The notes under the pieces are model-generated. The model was given only the letters and a program-made list of their open reading frames with translations, was not told where the DNA came from and did no database searches. The translations under genes and the position numbers were made by a program. Source: Octopus vulgaris (Eukaryota). Taken from it: 64,000 bases of DNA. The stretch lies in assembly GCA_951406725.2 (NCBI GenBank), contig OX597839.1:23374001-23438000 (forward strand). Direction: 5' to 3'. Positions 1 through 12,285 of the stretch are shown here, one piece after another. Positions within the stretch are counted from its first letter, which is position 1; each line of letters starts with the position of its first letter.

Positions 1-163
1 AAACTAGCCCTATCTGGTCTCTCACACCAACCCTACAATATTGTTTTAAAAATTAACAGCTACCTCATCAAAATCTCATAGCTACAAGATAATGCATGAT
101 TAATTCAAAACAGTGTGGATGAAAAAGCATTAATTTTGGCAGAATAATGCGAACACTAAAGGG
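1..163. mobile_element. Right end of a piggyBac-like MITE
   Basis: Ends ...ACTAAAGGG followed by TTAA (164-167), the same terminus type as the MITEs at 41110-41480 and 62734-62954. Confidence 0.5.
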
Positions 164-269
164 TTAATGTTAAGTATTCTTAAATGCCTACATTAAATGC
201 CTACATTTGGAAAGGCAAACTCAATAATGTCTATTTTTGTATACTTCCACTTAATTTAAGTTTTCTCCT

Positions 270-485
270 AATTTTTGTTAATTGCAAAGTCTTTAATCAG
301 ATCCTCATTATGACATCATGAAGACTTTGAAATTATATTTATGATCATATAAACCATTTTGAATATTATTTCAGCAAGTTTAAAGTGATTTCTTTTGTAC
401 TGTGAACCATTTACCATTTCTGTGGCGCCCCACCGCCTCCCTTGATGCCCCAAGCACATGCTTATTTTGCTTAATGGTTAATCAG
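270..485. mobile_element. Fragment of a hAT-like MITE (second copy at 41748-42152)
   Basis: About 200 bp closely matching 41955-42150 (gcaagtttaaagtgatttcttttgt...cccaccgcctcccttgatgccccaagcacatgctta). Confidence 0.6.
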
Positions 486-773
486 TTCAAATTTTGACAA
501 TTTGCATTGCCTGGTCAACATCTGTGGATACTCATGTGACTTCTTAGGCCAAAGGCAGGGGCACAAATACAGTTGCTGGCTTGGCAAGGAACACCACTTC
601 TTGGGGTAGAAGCAGACACCTTTTGGGGTCGCAAGATTTGTAAACCCGTGCAACCCAAGCCAGGTAGGAAAGCAGGTATAAAAGATACTCACATAAAATA
701 TACATCTGTATGAATGTGTGTCTATGTGCCAATGTGTGTGTTCATATGTGTGTACATGCATGTGCCTGTGTGT

Positions 774-813
<40 letters not shown>

Positions 814-1197
814 CATCATTTTCTTCCTGCTTTCCAATCTGGTCTAGGTCGGATGGTTCAACAGGATCTGATGTGCCACAGTACCATGTTGGGGTCCAAT
901 GCCACATGTTTCACATGGTTTCCATGTTTGAATGCCAGTTTATCTTTCCATGTTAACATGGGTTGGATGGGAGCACATTCAAGGCAAGAATTTACAGCTG
1001 GATGCTCTTCCTATCACCAACCCTCACTTGATTTTCAGGTTTTTGTGTCTGCTCCCTGCAACCTAAGCTCTAATTCCAGCACACACACACACACACACGC
1101 ACACGCACACACATATGCACACACATATGCAACACACGCATACATATAATCATATGCATGCACACAAACACATACAACACACATGCATATACTCATA

Positions 1198-1228
<31 letters not shown>

Positions 1229-1815
1229 CTTTTTCATAGGGTGGGGGTGGGGGCAAAAAATATGATACCTTGTCAATCCTTCAGTATTGTTAGACGACAT
1301 TCACCACGCCCCCCCCCACTCCCACACACCCACCCAAAAACTTCCCTTATGACATAGATAATAAGGCTAGGCTGAAATAAAGGGTCAATGACCTTATATC
1401 AGTGAATGAAGGGGCAAACAATAAGATTTGGATAAGTTGAATAAGCGACGATTTATTCCTTTCATTATAAAAATAAGATTTCCAAACGAGAATGATGAGT
1501 TAGGAACAAGGACTGAATAAGGACTTCAGTTCTGCTGGGTCATAGATTTAATGTGTATGTATGTGTTAATGTGTAGACATAGTGTGTGTGTGTGTGTGTG
1601 TAGAGTTAGGGTACACGAGTGGGTTGAAGAAGACTTGGAATAACTTCCCATCACACGGAAACGACTGTGTCACATTTAGTAGACACTTTGTTAGTCATTA
1701 TTCGTTATTCGTTATTCAATATTTAACATTTACCGAGTGTTGTTGTTATCTTTATATGTAAGAAACCATAGGTGTGTGTTTGAAGCCATACGTGCAAATG
1801 AACACCTGTAAGACA

Positions 1816-2200
1816 CACACACACACACACGAATGTGCTCATATGCACACACTCACACACACACACACGAATGTGCTCATATGCACACACTCACACACAC
1901 ACACACACGAATGTGCTCATATGCACACACTCACACACACACACACACACGAATGTGCTCATATGCACACACTCACACACACACACACACGAATGTGCTC
2001 ATATGCACACACTCACACACACACACGAATGTGCTCATATGCACACACTCACACACACACACACACGAATGTGCTCATATGCACACACTCACACACACAC
2101 ACACACACGAATGTGCTCATATGCACACACTCACACACACACACACACACGAATGTGCTCATATGCACACACACACACACGAATATGCTCATATGTACAC
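1816..2200. repeat. Minisatellite GAATGTGCTCATATGCACACACT(CA)n, about 10 units
   Basis: Fixed core repeated with a variable CA tract. Confidence 0.95.
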
Positions 2201-2528
2201 ACACACACGCAAACTCACACATGCGCACACACACATATATTCATATACATGCACACACACATGCACATACACACACATGCATATTCAAACATGCTTACAC
2301 ACTCAATGCCATTCCACACACACATTCAACATATACACATGCATTTTTGCTCACATACTCATATACACTCTTCGAACACACACACACACCATTGAACTCA
2401 TACTCACATACACACATTCAACATAAAGTCATATACACCATCACATACATACATACATACACTGAACACACATACATACACTCTCTCTCTTTTCTTAGCA
2501 TCTCTTCTCCGCATCCCACGATTTACTG

Positions 2529-2588
<60 letters not shown>

Positions 2589-2599
2589 CTACATGTGTC

Positions 2600-2633
2600 T
2601 ATCTATTTATATATCTATCTCTCTATGTATCTG

Positions 2634-2680
<47 letters not shown>

Positions 2681-2732
2681 GTCTATCCGTCTATCTATCT
2701 ATCTATCTATCTGTCTGTCTGTCTGTCTGTCA

Positions 2733-2768
<36 letters not shown>

Positions 2769-2932
2769 GTCTGTCTGTCTATCTGTCAATCTATCTATCT
2801 ATCTATCTATCTAGCTATCTATCTATCTATCTATCTGTCTATCCATCCATCCATCTATCTTCTATCTATCTACATATATGTCTTTCAATTTCTCTCTCTG
2901 TCTATTTATCTACATATTTCTCTATCAATTTG

Positions 2933-2983
<51 letters not shown>

Positions 2984-3170
2984 GTCTGTCTATTTATCTA
3001 TCAATCTACCTACCTGTCTGTCTATCTATCTAGTTACCTAGCTATCTACCTGTCTACTTATCTATCTATCTATCTATATATCCATCCATCTATCCATCTA
3101 TCTATCTTTCTTTCTATCTATCTGTCTGTCTGTTTATCTATCTACCTGTATATCTATCTATCTACCTGTA

Positions 3171-3240
<70 letters not shown>

Positions 3241-3360
3241 CCTACCTTTCTATCTATCTATCTATCTATCTACCTGTCTATTTATCTATCAATCTACCTA
3301 CCTGCATGTCTACCTGTCTACCTATCTACCTGCCTACCTGTATATCTATCTACGTATCTA
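2600..3360. repeat. Degenerate (TCTA)n/(TCTG)n microsatellite
   Basis: Seen directly; explains the spurious IYLS ORFs. Confidence 0.95.
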
Positions 3361-3660
3361 TCTTCTCCTCTTCATCTATCATTTCTCACCCCACACCTTC
3401 CATACACAAGCACAATCTTCTCCAACAACACAACACAAACAACACATCCTACCATATTCTACAGTATGGAACAGTAAAATCTATTCCTTATTGTGATCGT
3501 ATCCTTTTGCTGGCAGCCATTTTATTGTCATCTCTCCTCCGTTCCACTTCTCTGGTTCCACCAACTTTGCAATCTGGTCTCAGATATTTTAGTAGAACAA
3601 CTGGAGTTTATTTCCATCCCCCTCCCCTACCTCTTTCTCTATCTTTTGTTTTGTGTTTTC

Positions 3661-3707
<47 letters not shown>

Positions 3708-4689
3708 CACGTGGCTGCTGTGTGCAAATATTCAGGGTAGGCAGTAGGTGTTAATAAAGTGTCATTGAAAGCCATAGAACCATGAGACAGGAAGTGATTT
3801 TGACAAAAAATATAACACACACACACACACATACACATGCATGCACACACGCACACACATACATGCACACAGACATGAACACACACACACACATGCATGC
3901 ACACACACACACATGCTCGCACACATGCATGCATATGCACACACACACACCACACACCACTCACTCACACACACACACTCACACACACACACACACACAC
4001 ACAAGGTCAGATTGATGTTTCTACACAAATAATGCAGGCAAAAGCAAGAAAACAATAAAAAGAAAAACCTCAAAAGCCCTCCCTCCCCGCTCCCCGCTGC
4101 GCCACGCCACGTGTCTTTGAATCCTAAGACCTACTGCGTAGTAGTGGCCTTCATTCTTATCTCCACCCCCACCAAAACTACTTTCCAAAGTCTCACAGAC
4201 ATTCTGTCGCTGTTCTCCCTGTCAGAAAATACAATGAACCAATATTCGGCCAGCTGGAATCTCATAACCAACGGGGCCCCTCTTGTCCATGAAATGTAAT
4301 GTAAAAGAAAATAATTGATAACCAATTCCAGGAGCCGAGATGTGCCACCGTAGAAATGGTGATTCTATAATCAGTCTGCATGCATTGTGTAGTGGAAGGA
4401 TTAATATCTGATTCCTCTTAAATAATTGATGTGTGCTGCCTCATCTCTTTTAGAACTGACGCAATTAGAAAATTCCATGTATATTGCAATTGACTTTGTC
4501 TGTCACACTTGTCAGAATTTCTAAATGATGGAAGGGTTTGCGCTGTTGCGTTTTGTCGTCCTCCTCCTACGTTTTAAATTCACACTCAGCCGCGGCCGCC
4601 TCGGTTTTCCGTTCCTCCAGAGTCTTTGCTTCATCTTAGTCATCCATTACAATTTGATTGCTGTCTCGGATGATTTATAGCAATACTAA

Positions 4690-6035
4690 ACAAACTTTAG
4701 TATTTAACTGGTATATAATTTTACCAACATCAAACGGATGAACGATAAAGTTAGTATAAGTCTTCTATCATAATTGCATTCACATCTCGGATGTTTTACA
4801 GGAATGTTAAGTCTACCCCCAGTATATCACTGCTACTTTATCTTATCAACCCCAGGAGGATGAAAGTTAGTCTTCTATAATAATTCTATTTACATCTAAG
4901 ATTTTTTATAAGAATATTAAATTTACCCCAATATTTCACTGGTATTTTATCAACCCCAGGAGGGTGAAAATTAAAGTTAGTCTTCTATTATAATTCCATT
5001 TACATCTAAGATGCTTCATAAAAATATCTAATCTATCCTAGTATCATTATCATCATCATCATTGTTTAACGTCATGGCACGTAAAATGCACCAATCCGAC
5101 CGTGGCCGATGCCAGCCTCGCCTGGCTCTAGTGCAGGTGGCATGTAAAAAGCACCCACTACACTCACAGAGTGGTTGGCGTTAGGAAGGGCATCCAGCTG
5201 TAGAAACATTGCCAGATAAGACTGGAGCCTGGTGCAGCCTTCTGGCTTCCCAGATCCCCAGTTGAACCGTCCAACCCATGCTAGCATGGAGAACGGATGT
5301 TAAACGATGATGATGATGATGATGATGATTTCCATGCTGGCATGGGTTGGACGGTTTGACCAGGTCTGGTAAGCTGGAAGGCTGCACCAGGTTCCAGTCT
5401 GATTTGGCATGGTTTCTACGGCTGGATGCCCTTCCTAACGCCAACCACTCCGCGAGTGTAGTGGGTGCTTTTTACGTGCCACCTGCACAGGTGCCAGGGG
5501 GGTCCGGCATCGGTCACGATCGGTTGGAGCTTTTAACATGCCAGCCAAGGCAGCGCTGGCAACGTTCGAATGGTCTTTTTATGTGCCACCGGCACAGGAG
5601 CCAGTCGGGGCGGCGCTGGCATCGGCCACGTTCGGATGGTGCTTTTTATGTGCCACCGGCACAGAAGCCAGTCGGGGCGATGCTGGCATCGGCCACGTTC
5701 GGATGCTGCTTTTTATGTGCCACCGGCACAGAAGCCAGTCAGGGCGACGCTGGCATCGGCCACGTTTGGATAGTGCCTTTTATGTGCCACCAGCACAGGC
5801 ATCACAACTACTATTTCCATTGATATTTACTCAACCCCAGTATATTACTGCTACTTTCTCATATCGGGATCAAGAGGACACAAGTTAAAGTAAGTCTTAA
5901 TCTTATATTTTAATTCCATTCATATCAAAGATGTTTTGTAAGTATATAAAATCAACCCCAGCATTTTACTGGTACTATATTTTCTCAAACATAGAGGGAT
6001 GAGAGATTAAGTTAATCTTAATCTTCTATTATAAT
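4690..6035. repeat. Old ~110-120 bp tandem array derived from a Nin-type SINE, interrupted by RTE tails at 5045-5825
   Basis: Recurring unit gtcttctat..taattccattt/acatctaagatg..ccccagtat..atcaacccc..gatgaaag at about 4760, 4871, 4980, 5894 and 6022. Confidence 0.6.
5045..5825. mobile_element. Two nested, opposite-orientation 3' tails of the RTE family
   Basis: A + copy at 5073-5328 ending in (GAT)n sits inside a - copy (5045-5072 plus 5329-5825). Both match the 3' UTR at 22435-22910. Confidence 0.85.
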
Positions 6036-6539
6036 TCTAATGAAAAACGTAGAGGGTGAAAGAATGGGAGTAAAGGACAGGTGGGTGGGTGGGTGGGTGG
6101 GTGAAAGACATACATATAGATAAACAGATAGAGAGAGAGAAAGAGAATGAGAGAAGGAGAGAGGGAGAGAGAAAGAGAGAAAGAGACAGACGTAGATGGG
6201 GAAAGAATGAGAGCTAGATATAAAGAGAGAAGGAGGGAAATAGAGAAGTAAAGAAATAGAAGAAAGGTGAAAGAATGAAGCTGGGAATAGATAGAGAGAT
6301 AAAGAGAGAGGGGGAGAGGGGGAGAGGAAGAATGGAAGAATATAGATAGAGAAAGAATGGGAGAGAGGGGGATGAGATGGAGAAATAGAGACACAGAGGA
6401 GGGGTGAAAGAGTGAGACTAGGTATACATAGATATAAAGATAGGTAGATAGATAGAGAGGGGGGGAGAGGGGGTGAAGGAAAAAGTGTAATAAGTAGGGA
6501 GATATGGAAAAGCAGTGACATAAATAAGATAAAAGATAA

Positions 6540-7225
6540 TATACAGGAGAAGGAGAGAAAGAGAGAGAGGAAGAGAGAGAGGGGGAAGACAGAAAGAGAG
6601 TGAGAGAGAGAGAGGGGGAGACAGAAAGAGAGAAACAGGGAAAAAGACAGAGAGATGGAGAAAGAGTGAAAAGAAGACAGAGAGAGGGGAAGACAGAGAG
6701 AGAGAGGGGGGAGACAGAAAGAGAGAGAGAGAGAGGGAGGGGGAGACAGAAAGAGAGAAACAGAGAAAAAGACAGAGAGATGGAGAAAGAGTGAGAGGAA
6801 GACAGAGAGATGGAGAAAGAGAGAGGGAGAGAAAGAGAGAAAGGAAGAGAGAGAGATGGAGAAAGAGAGAGAGGAAGACAGAGAGATGGAGAAAGAGAGA
6901 GGGAGAGAAAGAGAGAAAGGAAGAGAGAGAGATGGAGAAAGAGAGAGAGGAAGACAGAGAGAGGGAGAAAGAGAGAGGGAGAGAAAGAGAGAGAGGAAGA
7001 GAGGGAGATGGAGAAAGAGAGAGAGAGAGAGGAAGACAGAGAGAGGAAGACAGAGAGATGGATAAAGAGATAGGGAGAGAAAGAGAGAGAGGAAGAGAGA
7101 GAGAGATGAAGAAAGAGAGAGAGAGAGGAAGACAGAGAGATGGAGAAAGAGAGAGGGAGAGAAAGAGAGAGAGGAAGAGAGAGAGATGGAGAAAGAGAGA
7201 GAGAGAGAGATGGAGAAAGACAGAG
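6540..7225. repeat. Polypurine (GA-rich) minisatellite
   Basis: Repeated gagagatggagaaagagagag/ggaagacag units. Confidence 0.9.
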
Positions 7226-7604
7226 ATGAGTTTGGTGAGGAGTCCATTAAGAGTTTGTTATCTCTGCCAGCTGGAGCAACAGCCTCTGACCTCCCAGTTC
7301 GGCTGAGATAAGAAACAGAATGAAAGTGAAATTAAGAGACTATTTAGATAAGCGAAGGGCAGAGGTGAAGGCTGTTAAAACTTTACTCCAAAACCCACAA
7401 AACATCCTCCTTACTTACTTTTATATACACATACACACACACTTGCAAACACACATGCACTCTCTCTCTCACACACACACACAAACTCACACATTTGTAT
7501 ATATATGTTTAGACACAAAGATACACACACATATATGGTGTGAATTTTATATATATGTGTATGTATGTATGTATATATATATATATATATATATACACAT
7601 ACAT

Positions 7605-7656
<52 letters not shown>

Positions 7657-7711
7657 CGGAGATGTACTCACATAGCAAGTGATTTGATCTGAGATCGTGT
7701 GCTGAAACGAA

Positions 7712-7899
7712 AACAATTGCAGCGTGGAAGGTGTTTGTAAGCCATTTAAGAAACACAAAAAAGCCGTTCGATTCACTTCAACATTTAAGTTTAATTTGTC
7801 AAAATATTTTGACAAAATAAACTTAAATGTTGAAGTGAATCGAACGGCTTTTGTGTGTTTCTTAAATGGCTTACAAACACCTTCCACGCTGCAATTGTT
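7712..7899. repeat. 188-bp spacerless palindrome
   Basis: 94-bp arms centred on AAAAT|ATTTT (7805/7806), with 2 mismatches. Confidence 0.97.
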
Positions 7900-8579
7900 A
7901 TATATATATATGTAGAAGCAGCTTGTTAGGTCAATCTAATTTGCACACCCAAAACAACATCAGGTGAATATCAAACTCTCTGTGCAGAAGTGTTTGTTGC
8001 ACTTGATATTCCTGCAGCGTCTGCAGACGACACAACCCAACTGAGTGAAGAGATCCACTCTTGGCTGTTTACACATGTACTTTATATACGAGCAAGGCAA
8101 AAATACTTTCTATAATATTTCCAAAGTGCAACATATACATGCATACATATACATACATACATATATATATAAAATCAAAATAAGCAACAGGATATCAAGA
8201 GGTAATGCAGTACAATCGTTTCAAGCAACTCCATTTAATTGAACAATGCAACCCTCATATCAATTTAAATGCAGAGCAATATATGCATGTATGTATGTAT
8301 GTATGTATGTATGTATGTATGTATGTATGTATGTGTGTGTGTATGCATGCATGCATGCATGCATGTATGTATGTATGTATGTATGTATGTATGTATGTAT
8401 GTATGTATGTATGTATGTATGTATGTATGCATGCATGTATGTACGTATACATATATATATATACATGTATGTATGTATTTGTATGTGTATATATATATAT
8501 ATATATATTCTATAAATATATATATATACATATGTATATATATATATCCACATGCACATACATACTCTCTTATGCACAC

Positions 8580-8895
8580 ATGCTCCTTCAGGTTGGAGCG
8601 AGGTCACTTGACCTTGTTATCTCCCCTACTATCCCTCTAGAGTCTAACGTCTGACCTCTAACGTTTGACCTCCGATCTCTGACTTCTGAAATCAGAACGC
8701 CATGTTGGATCGTTAGCCCCTACACGCAATTTTTTTCTCTCCTTGTTTCTTTTCTGTGTATCTTTCTGTCGAAGAGCGTAGGCTCGAAACGTAAAAGACT
8801 TGTTTTATTTCTATTCCTGAGCGCCATACTAATACATTGTTTGTTTGTACTCCACCTGCTTTCGTCTTTTGTTTATTTTCGTAAACCTTCCGCTA
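8580..8895 (+). mobile_element. Penelope-like pseudo-LTR fragment with a minimal hammerhead motif (8761-8798)
   Basis: tcttt-CTGTCGA-a-gagc(gtag)gctc-GAAA-CGT-A-aaaga. The 3' part recurs at about 52100-52157. The Penelope assignment is inferred. Confidence 0.6.
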
Positions 8896-8985
8896 TCTAT
8901 ATACATATATGTATCTATATATATATATCATCATCATCATCATTGTCATCGTCATCTTTTAACATCCACCTTCCATTCGAAACTT

Positions 8986-9022
<37 letters not shown>

Positions 9023-9279
9023 GTGTAAGCATATATATTGTAAGCAGAAGCAAGCTACTGCCATCGCTAGCAGACGAGGTGTCCAGTACTAAAGAGAGGC
9101 AGAAATAGCCCCAAACCAAATAGGTATGCTGGTCCCATTGCTAGAAGGTGGTAGGGGTTCGCTCCCCTGCTTACAATATTTCAGATGCAGCTCGTTAACC
9201 AGCTAGAGGAGATATCTTCTTGGGGTTAAAAAAATCACAGTAAAGTCCGTTTGAATGGACAGCCATGTTGAAGTGGCTA

Positions 9280-9386
9280 CAATGCGTTTCGCATTGTTTG
9301 AAGGCTAAAACAATGCGAAATGCATTGTGACCAGCGATGTGTAACAACATCTGATGGCCTGGTCGGTCACGGTGATCACGGTGATA
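9280..9386 (+). mobile_element. 3' end of an unclassified repeat abutting (TA)n
   Basis: attgtgaccagcgatgtgtaacaacatctgatgg..ctggtcggtcac..gatcac.gtgat, also present at about 33810-33870 and 58740-58820. Confidence 0.7.
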
Positions 9387-9577
9387 TATATATATTTATA
9401 ACAATAAGAGTCTTTGACCGAAAATTTCCGGTATGTGGTCAAGCAACTTGTTGCAAAGACCCTTATTGTTATAATTATATAAATTTTTACCAATATGGTC
9501 CTTTTCCATACCGAAATACTACTTGGTGAAATTTGTTGATTTTATTAAATTAATTATATTTCACCCTTTATCTCTAA

Positions 9578-9650
<73 letters not shown>

Positions 9651-10445
9651 TAATACATATACATATGTATATACATACATGTGTGTATGAACATATGTCT
9701 ATAGCCCCTGTAGGATCTAGTTCCACATTTCCCATGGTGGGACAACAAAGAGCGTCCAGAGGGAAGGGGTCCTGGGAATTTGTTCCAAAAGATTTTGAGG
9801 ACTCAAATTAGATTCCAGAATGCTGCAAATTGACAAAGTCATTAACGATGCTCAAGAGAATGTCATCCCACAACGTTTGTTTCAATTCTCTGTGCTTTGG
9901 GTTCAAACCTGGCTGAGGGTAGGGGTGGGGGCAATCTTGTTCTTCTTTCTGATAAAAAGGTACTAATCCAGAGAGATAGACTAGTGTGATTATTGCAATA
10001 AGCAGAACTGTTAAACAAGAAAGAAAAACAAAAAAAAAACAAGCAAGATGCCTGGTGGTATTGCTTCCTGTTCTTCGGACTTACAGAAAGTATCATAAAA
10101 GGGCCACGATGGCCATGATCTTACCCTTGAAAAGATGTGCTCCTTCATAAAATTTCAATGAAAGTTAAAAGTAAAACTGGGGCCAAAATCTTGGAATATA
10201 TATTAAGTTGTGTCTTTTCCTTATATGCTTGATTTGTTTCACTCATTGGACTGTGGCCATGCTGGGGCACAGCCTTCAAGAGCTTTTAGCTGAGTACACT
10301 GAACCTGGTATTCATGCTTTCTTTTCTTTTCTTTTTTTTTTTCAAGTCTGGTATTTTTTTATTGGTGTCTTTCAACCCAAATTCCTCAAGGTGATGCTCC
10401 AGCATGGCTACTGTCTAATGAGTGAAACAAATCACCAGACAGACG

Positions 10446-10491
<46 letters not shown>

Positions 10492-10539
10492 ACATACACA
10501 CATGCATGCATGCATATACATATATACATACATTCATGC

Positions 10540-10582
<43 letters not shown>

Positions 10583-10846
10583 TACGTGTGCACATACAGA
10601 CACACATAAGTATGCATATGTATATATATATATATATAACTTATACATGTGCTTATGTGTGTGTGTGTGTAGATAGATAAATGGATATATATTTAGACAA
10701 GCTTCGGAGAGAATTGGTCCTGGCCATGACTAACTTAATTGTACCACCTACAAACACAAACACACACACATATATCCTTCTTCCTGCTAACATCGAATGA
10801 AAACGTCTTATGATAGCATGAAATTTTAGCATTATCATTAAGTTCT

Positions 10847-10881
10847 TAGTCATGATGAGCACATGTGAAACCAGTTGACTA
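10847..10881 (+). ncRNA. Degenerate minimal type I hammerhead ribozyme
   Basis: tagtc-ATGATGA-gc(acat)gt-GAAA-CCAGT-T-gacta. Stem I is a perfect 5 bp; deviations are C3>A plus changes consistent with CpG decay. Confidence 0.55.
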
Positions 10882-11193
10882 TGTAAATATTTCATTTCAT
10901 GTATATATACATACATACATTTTTATATATATATATATATATTTAACAATTAAGGATAACTTCTTAATAAGGGATCTTAACAAGAAATTATCAGGTAGTT
11001 AGCGTGAAAAACCTCATAAGAGAAAAATTCGAAAATAATTTTTTTCTTTTGAACATATTAATTTACATTATATAGAGGGCATTATTACACATAAATGCCT
11101 CACACTAAGAGGGACATAAGTCATTGCTACCAAAATTTCACTAATCATACCCAATGCAGTTTTTCAAAGCAAGACATTTAAAAAAATGAATTT

Positions 11194-11258
11194 AGTCCTA
11201 TATCACCTGTGATTTCGCACTTACCGCATAAAATGCGTCTATGCTCATCGGTAGAACT
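11194..11258 (-). ncRNA. Type I hammerhead ribozyme-like motif within a (TA)n-flanked repeat (about 10942-11366)
   Basis: Minus strand: agttcta-CCGATGA-gcat[..cgcat ttt atgcg..]gtgc-GAAA-tcac(ag)gtga-TA-taggact. Stem I is 7 bp, stems II and III pair, and the only core change is U4>C. Confidence 0.7.
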
Positions 11259-11370
11259 GATTCTGAACACATCATCAATAAACGACCAACACTACCTGGC
11301 AAAGTCGAACAAGCAACTGCTCTCTCCGTTGAAGCACATGGAGATGTTTATAAATCATATAAATCATATA

Positions 11371-11404
<34 letters not shown>

Positions 11405-12285
11405 ATGTATTGTCCAACCTATAATTTCTGAGCATTTTGCATTTTTTATATTTTTCACTACAATTCAGTATGTGGAAATTTTTTTTATCAAACCTTTACA
11501 CCTTATATGTATATATATATATATATACACACAAACATATATATACAGATGCATGCACTCACATCCCCCCTACATAGTGTGTACAGTGGGCTTTACACAG
11601 TTTCCACCAACCAAATTTCATTCTCATAGTATTGATCACTTTGAGGCTAGAGTAGAAATCCCTTGCTGAAAGTGCCATGCCGTGGAACAGAACCATGAGC
11701 ATCTTGGTCGTAAAGTGAGATTCTTATCCACACAACCATCCTGGCTCCTACAGGTGGCATCTCTCTCTCTCCAAGAAGCTAATTTCCTCAAAAGTAAATG
11801 CGTCTTAAATTCTTCATTCTAGAAACTGCATGGCAAGTTAGAAGTCTGCAGACAAAATGTATAGAAAACTTAAAAAACCTCATCAAAAATGGTAAAAGAT
11901 AAATAAATGCCATCCATTTCAGAAATGAAGACTACCCCCTTAGGTCACATGTTTAATTAAAAATTAATTACTCTAATTATTATTTTTTGTTTTTTTGTTC
12001 TTTGTTTTTTTTTTCTTTTTTTTTTTCCTTCAGCTACAATTTACTCGTTTCCTTTGCCTTGGCAGAAATTTCAAAGCAATGAATATGCGGAAGTTTAACA
12101 GGAAACTGTATCAAATTAAAGCCGTTCTGTCAAACGGGGAGGATTTTTCTCTGCTGAAGAGTTTTAATGACGACCTACATGGGTCACCGCACTTTAGAGA
12201 GTTTCCACCAGTCCGGCAGAGGTTGCCTCCCTTGGCTTTACAGCCAGTTTCAGAACCACAATGGTGGCGGGGGGGGGTTAAGCTA

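Noticed and set aside
1816-2200. CRISPR-like repeat-spacer appearance (also 47870-48365 and 28072-28635)
   Set aside because: The spacers are just microsatellite or identical sequence, there are no cas genes, and the context is eukaryotic.
1774-3496. Long ORFs (346 aa etc.) rich in HT and IYLS
   Set aside because: Translations of (CA)n and (TCTA)n repeats. The same applies to 6018-7306, 12111-13080, 14920-15522, 33307-33801, 48127-49021 and 57061-57846.
8200-8260. Half hammerhead on the minus strand (GAAACGATTGTA); similar at about 58890-58915
   Set aside because: No CUGANGA partner found.
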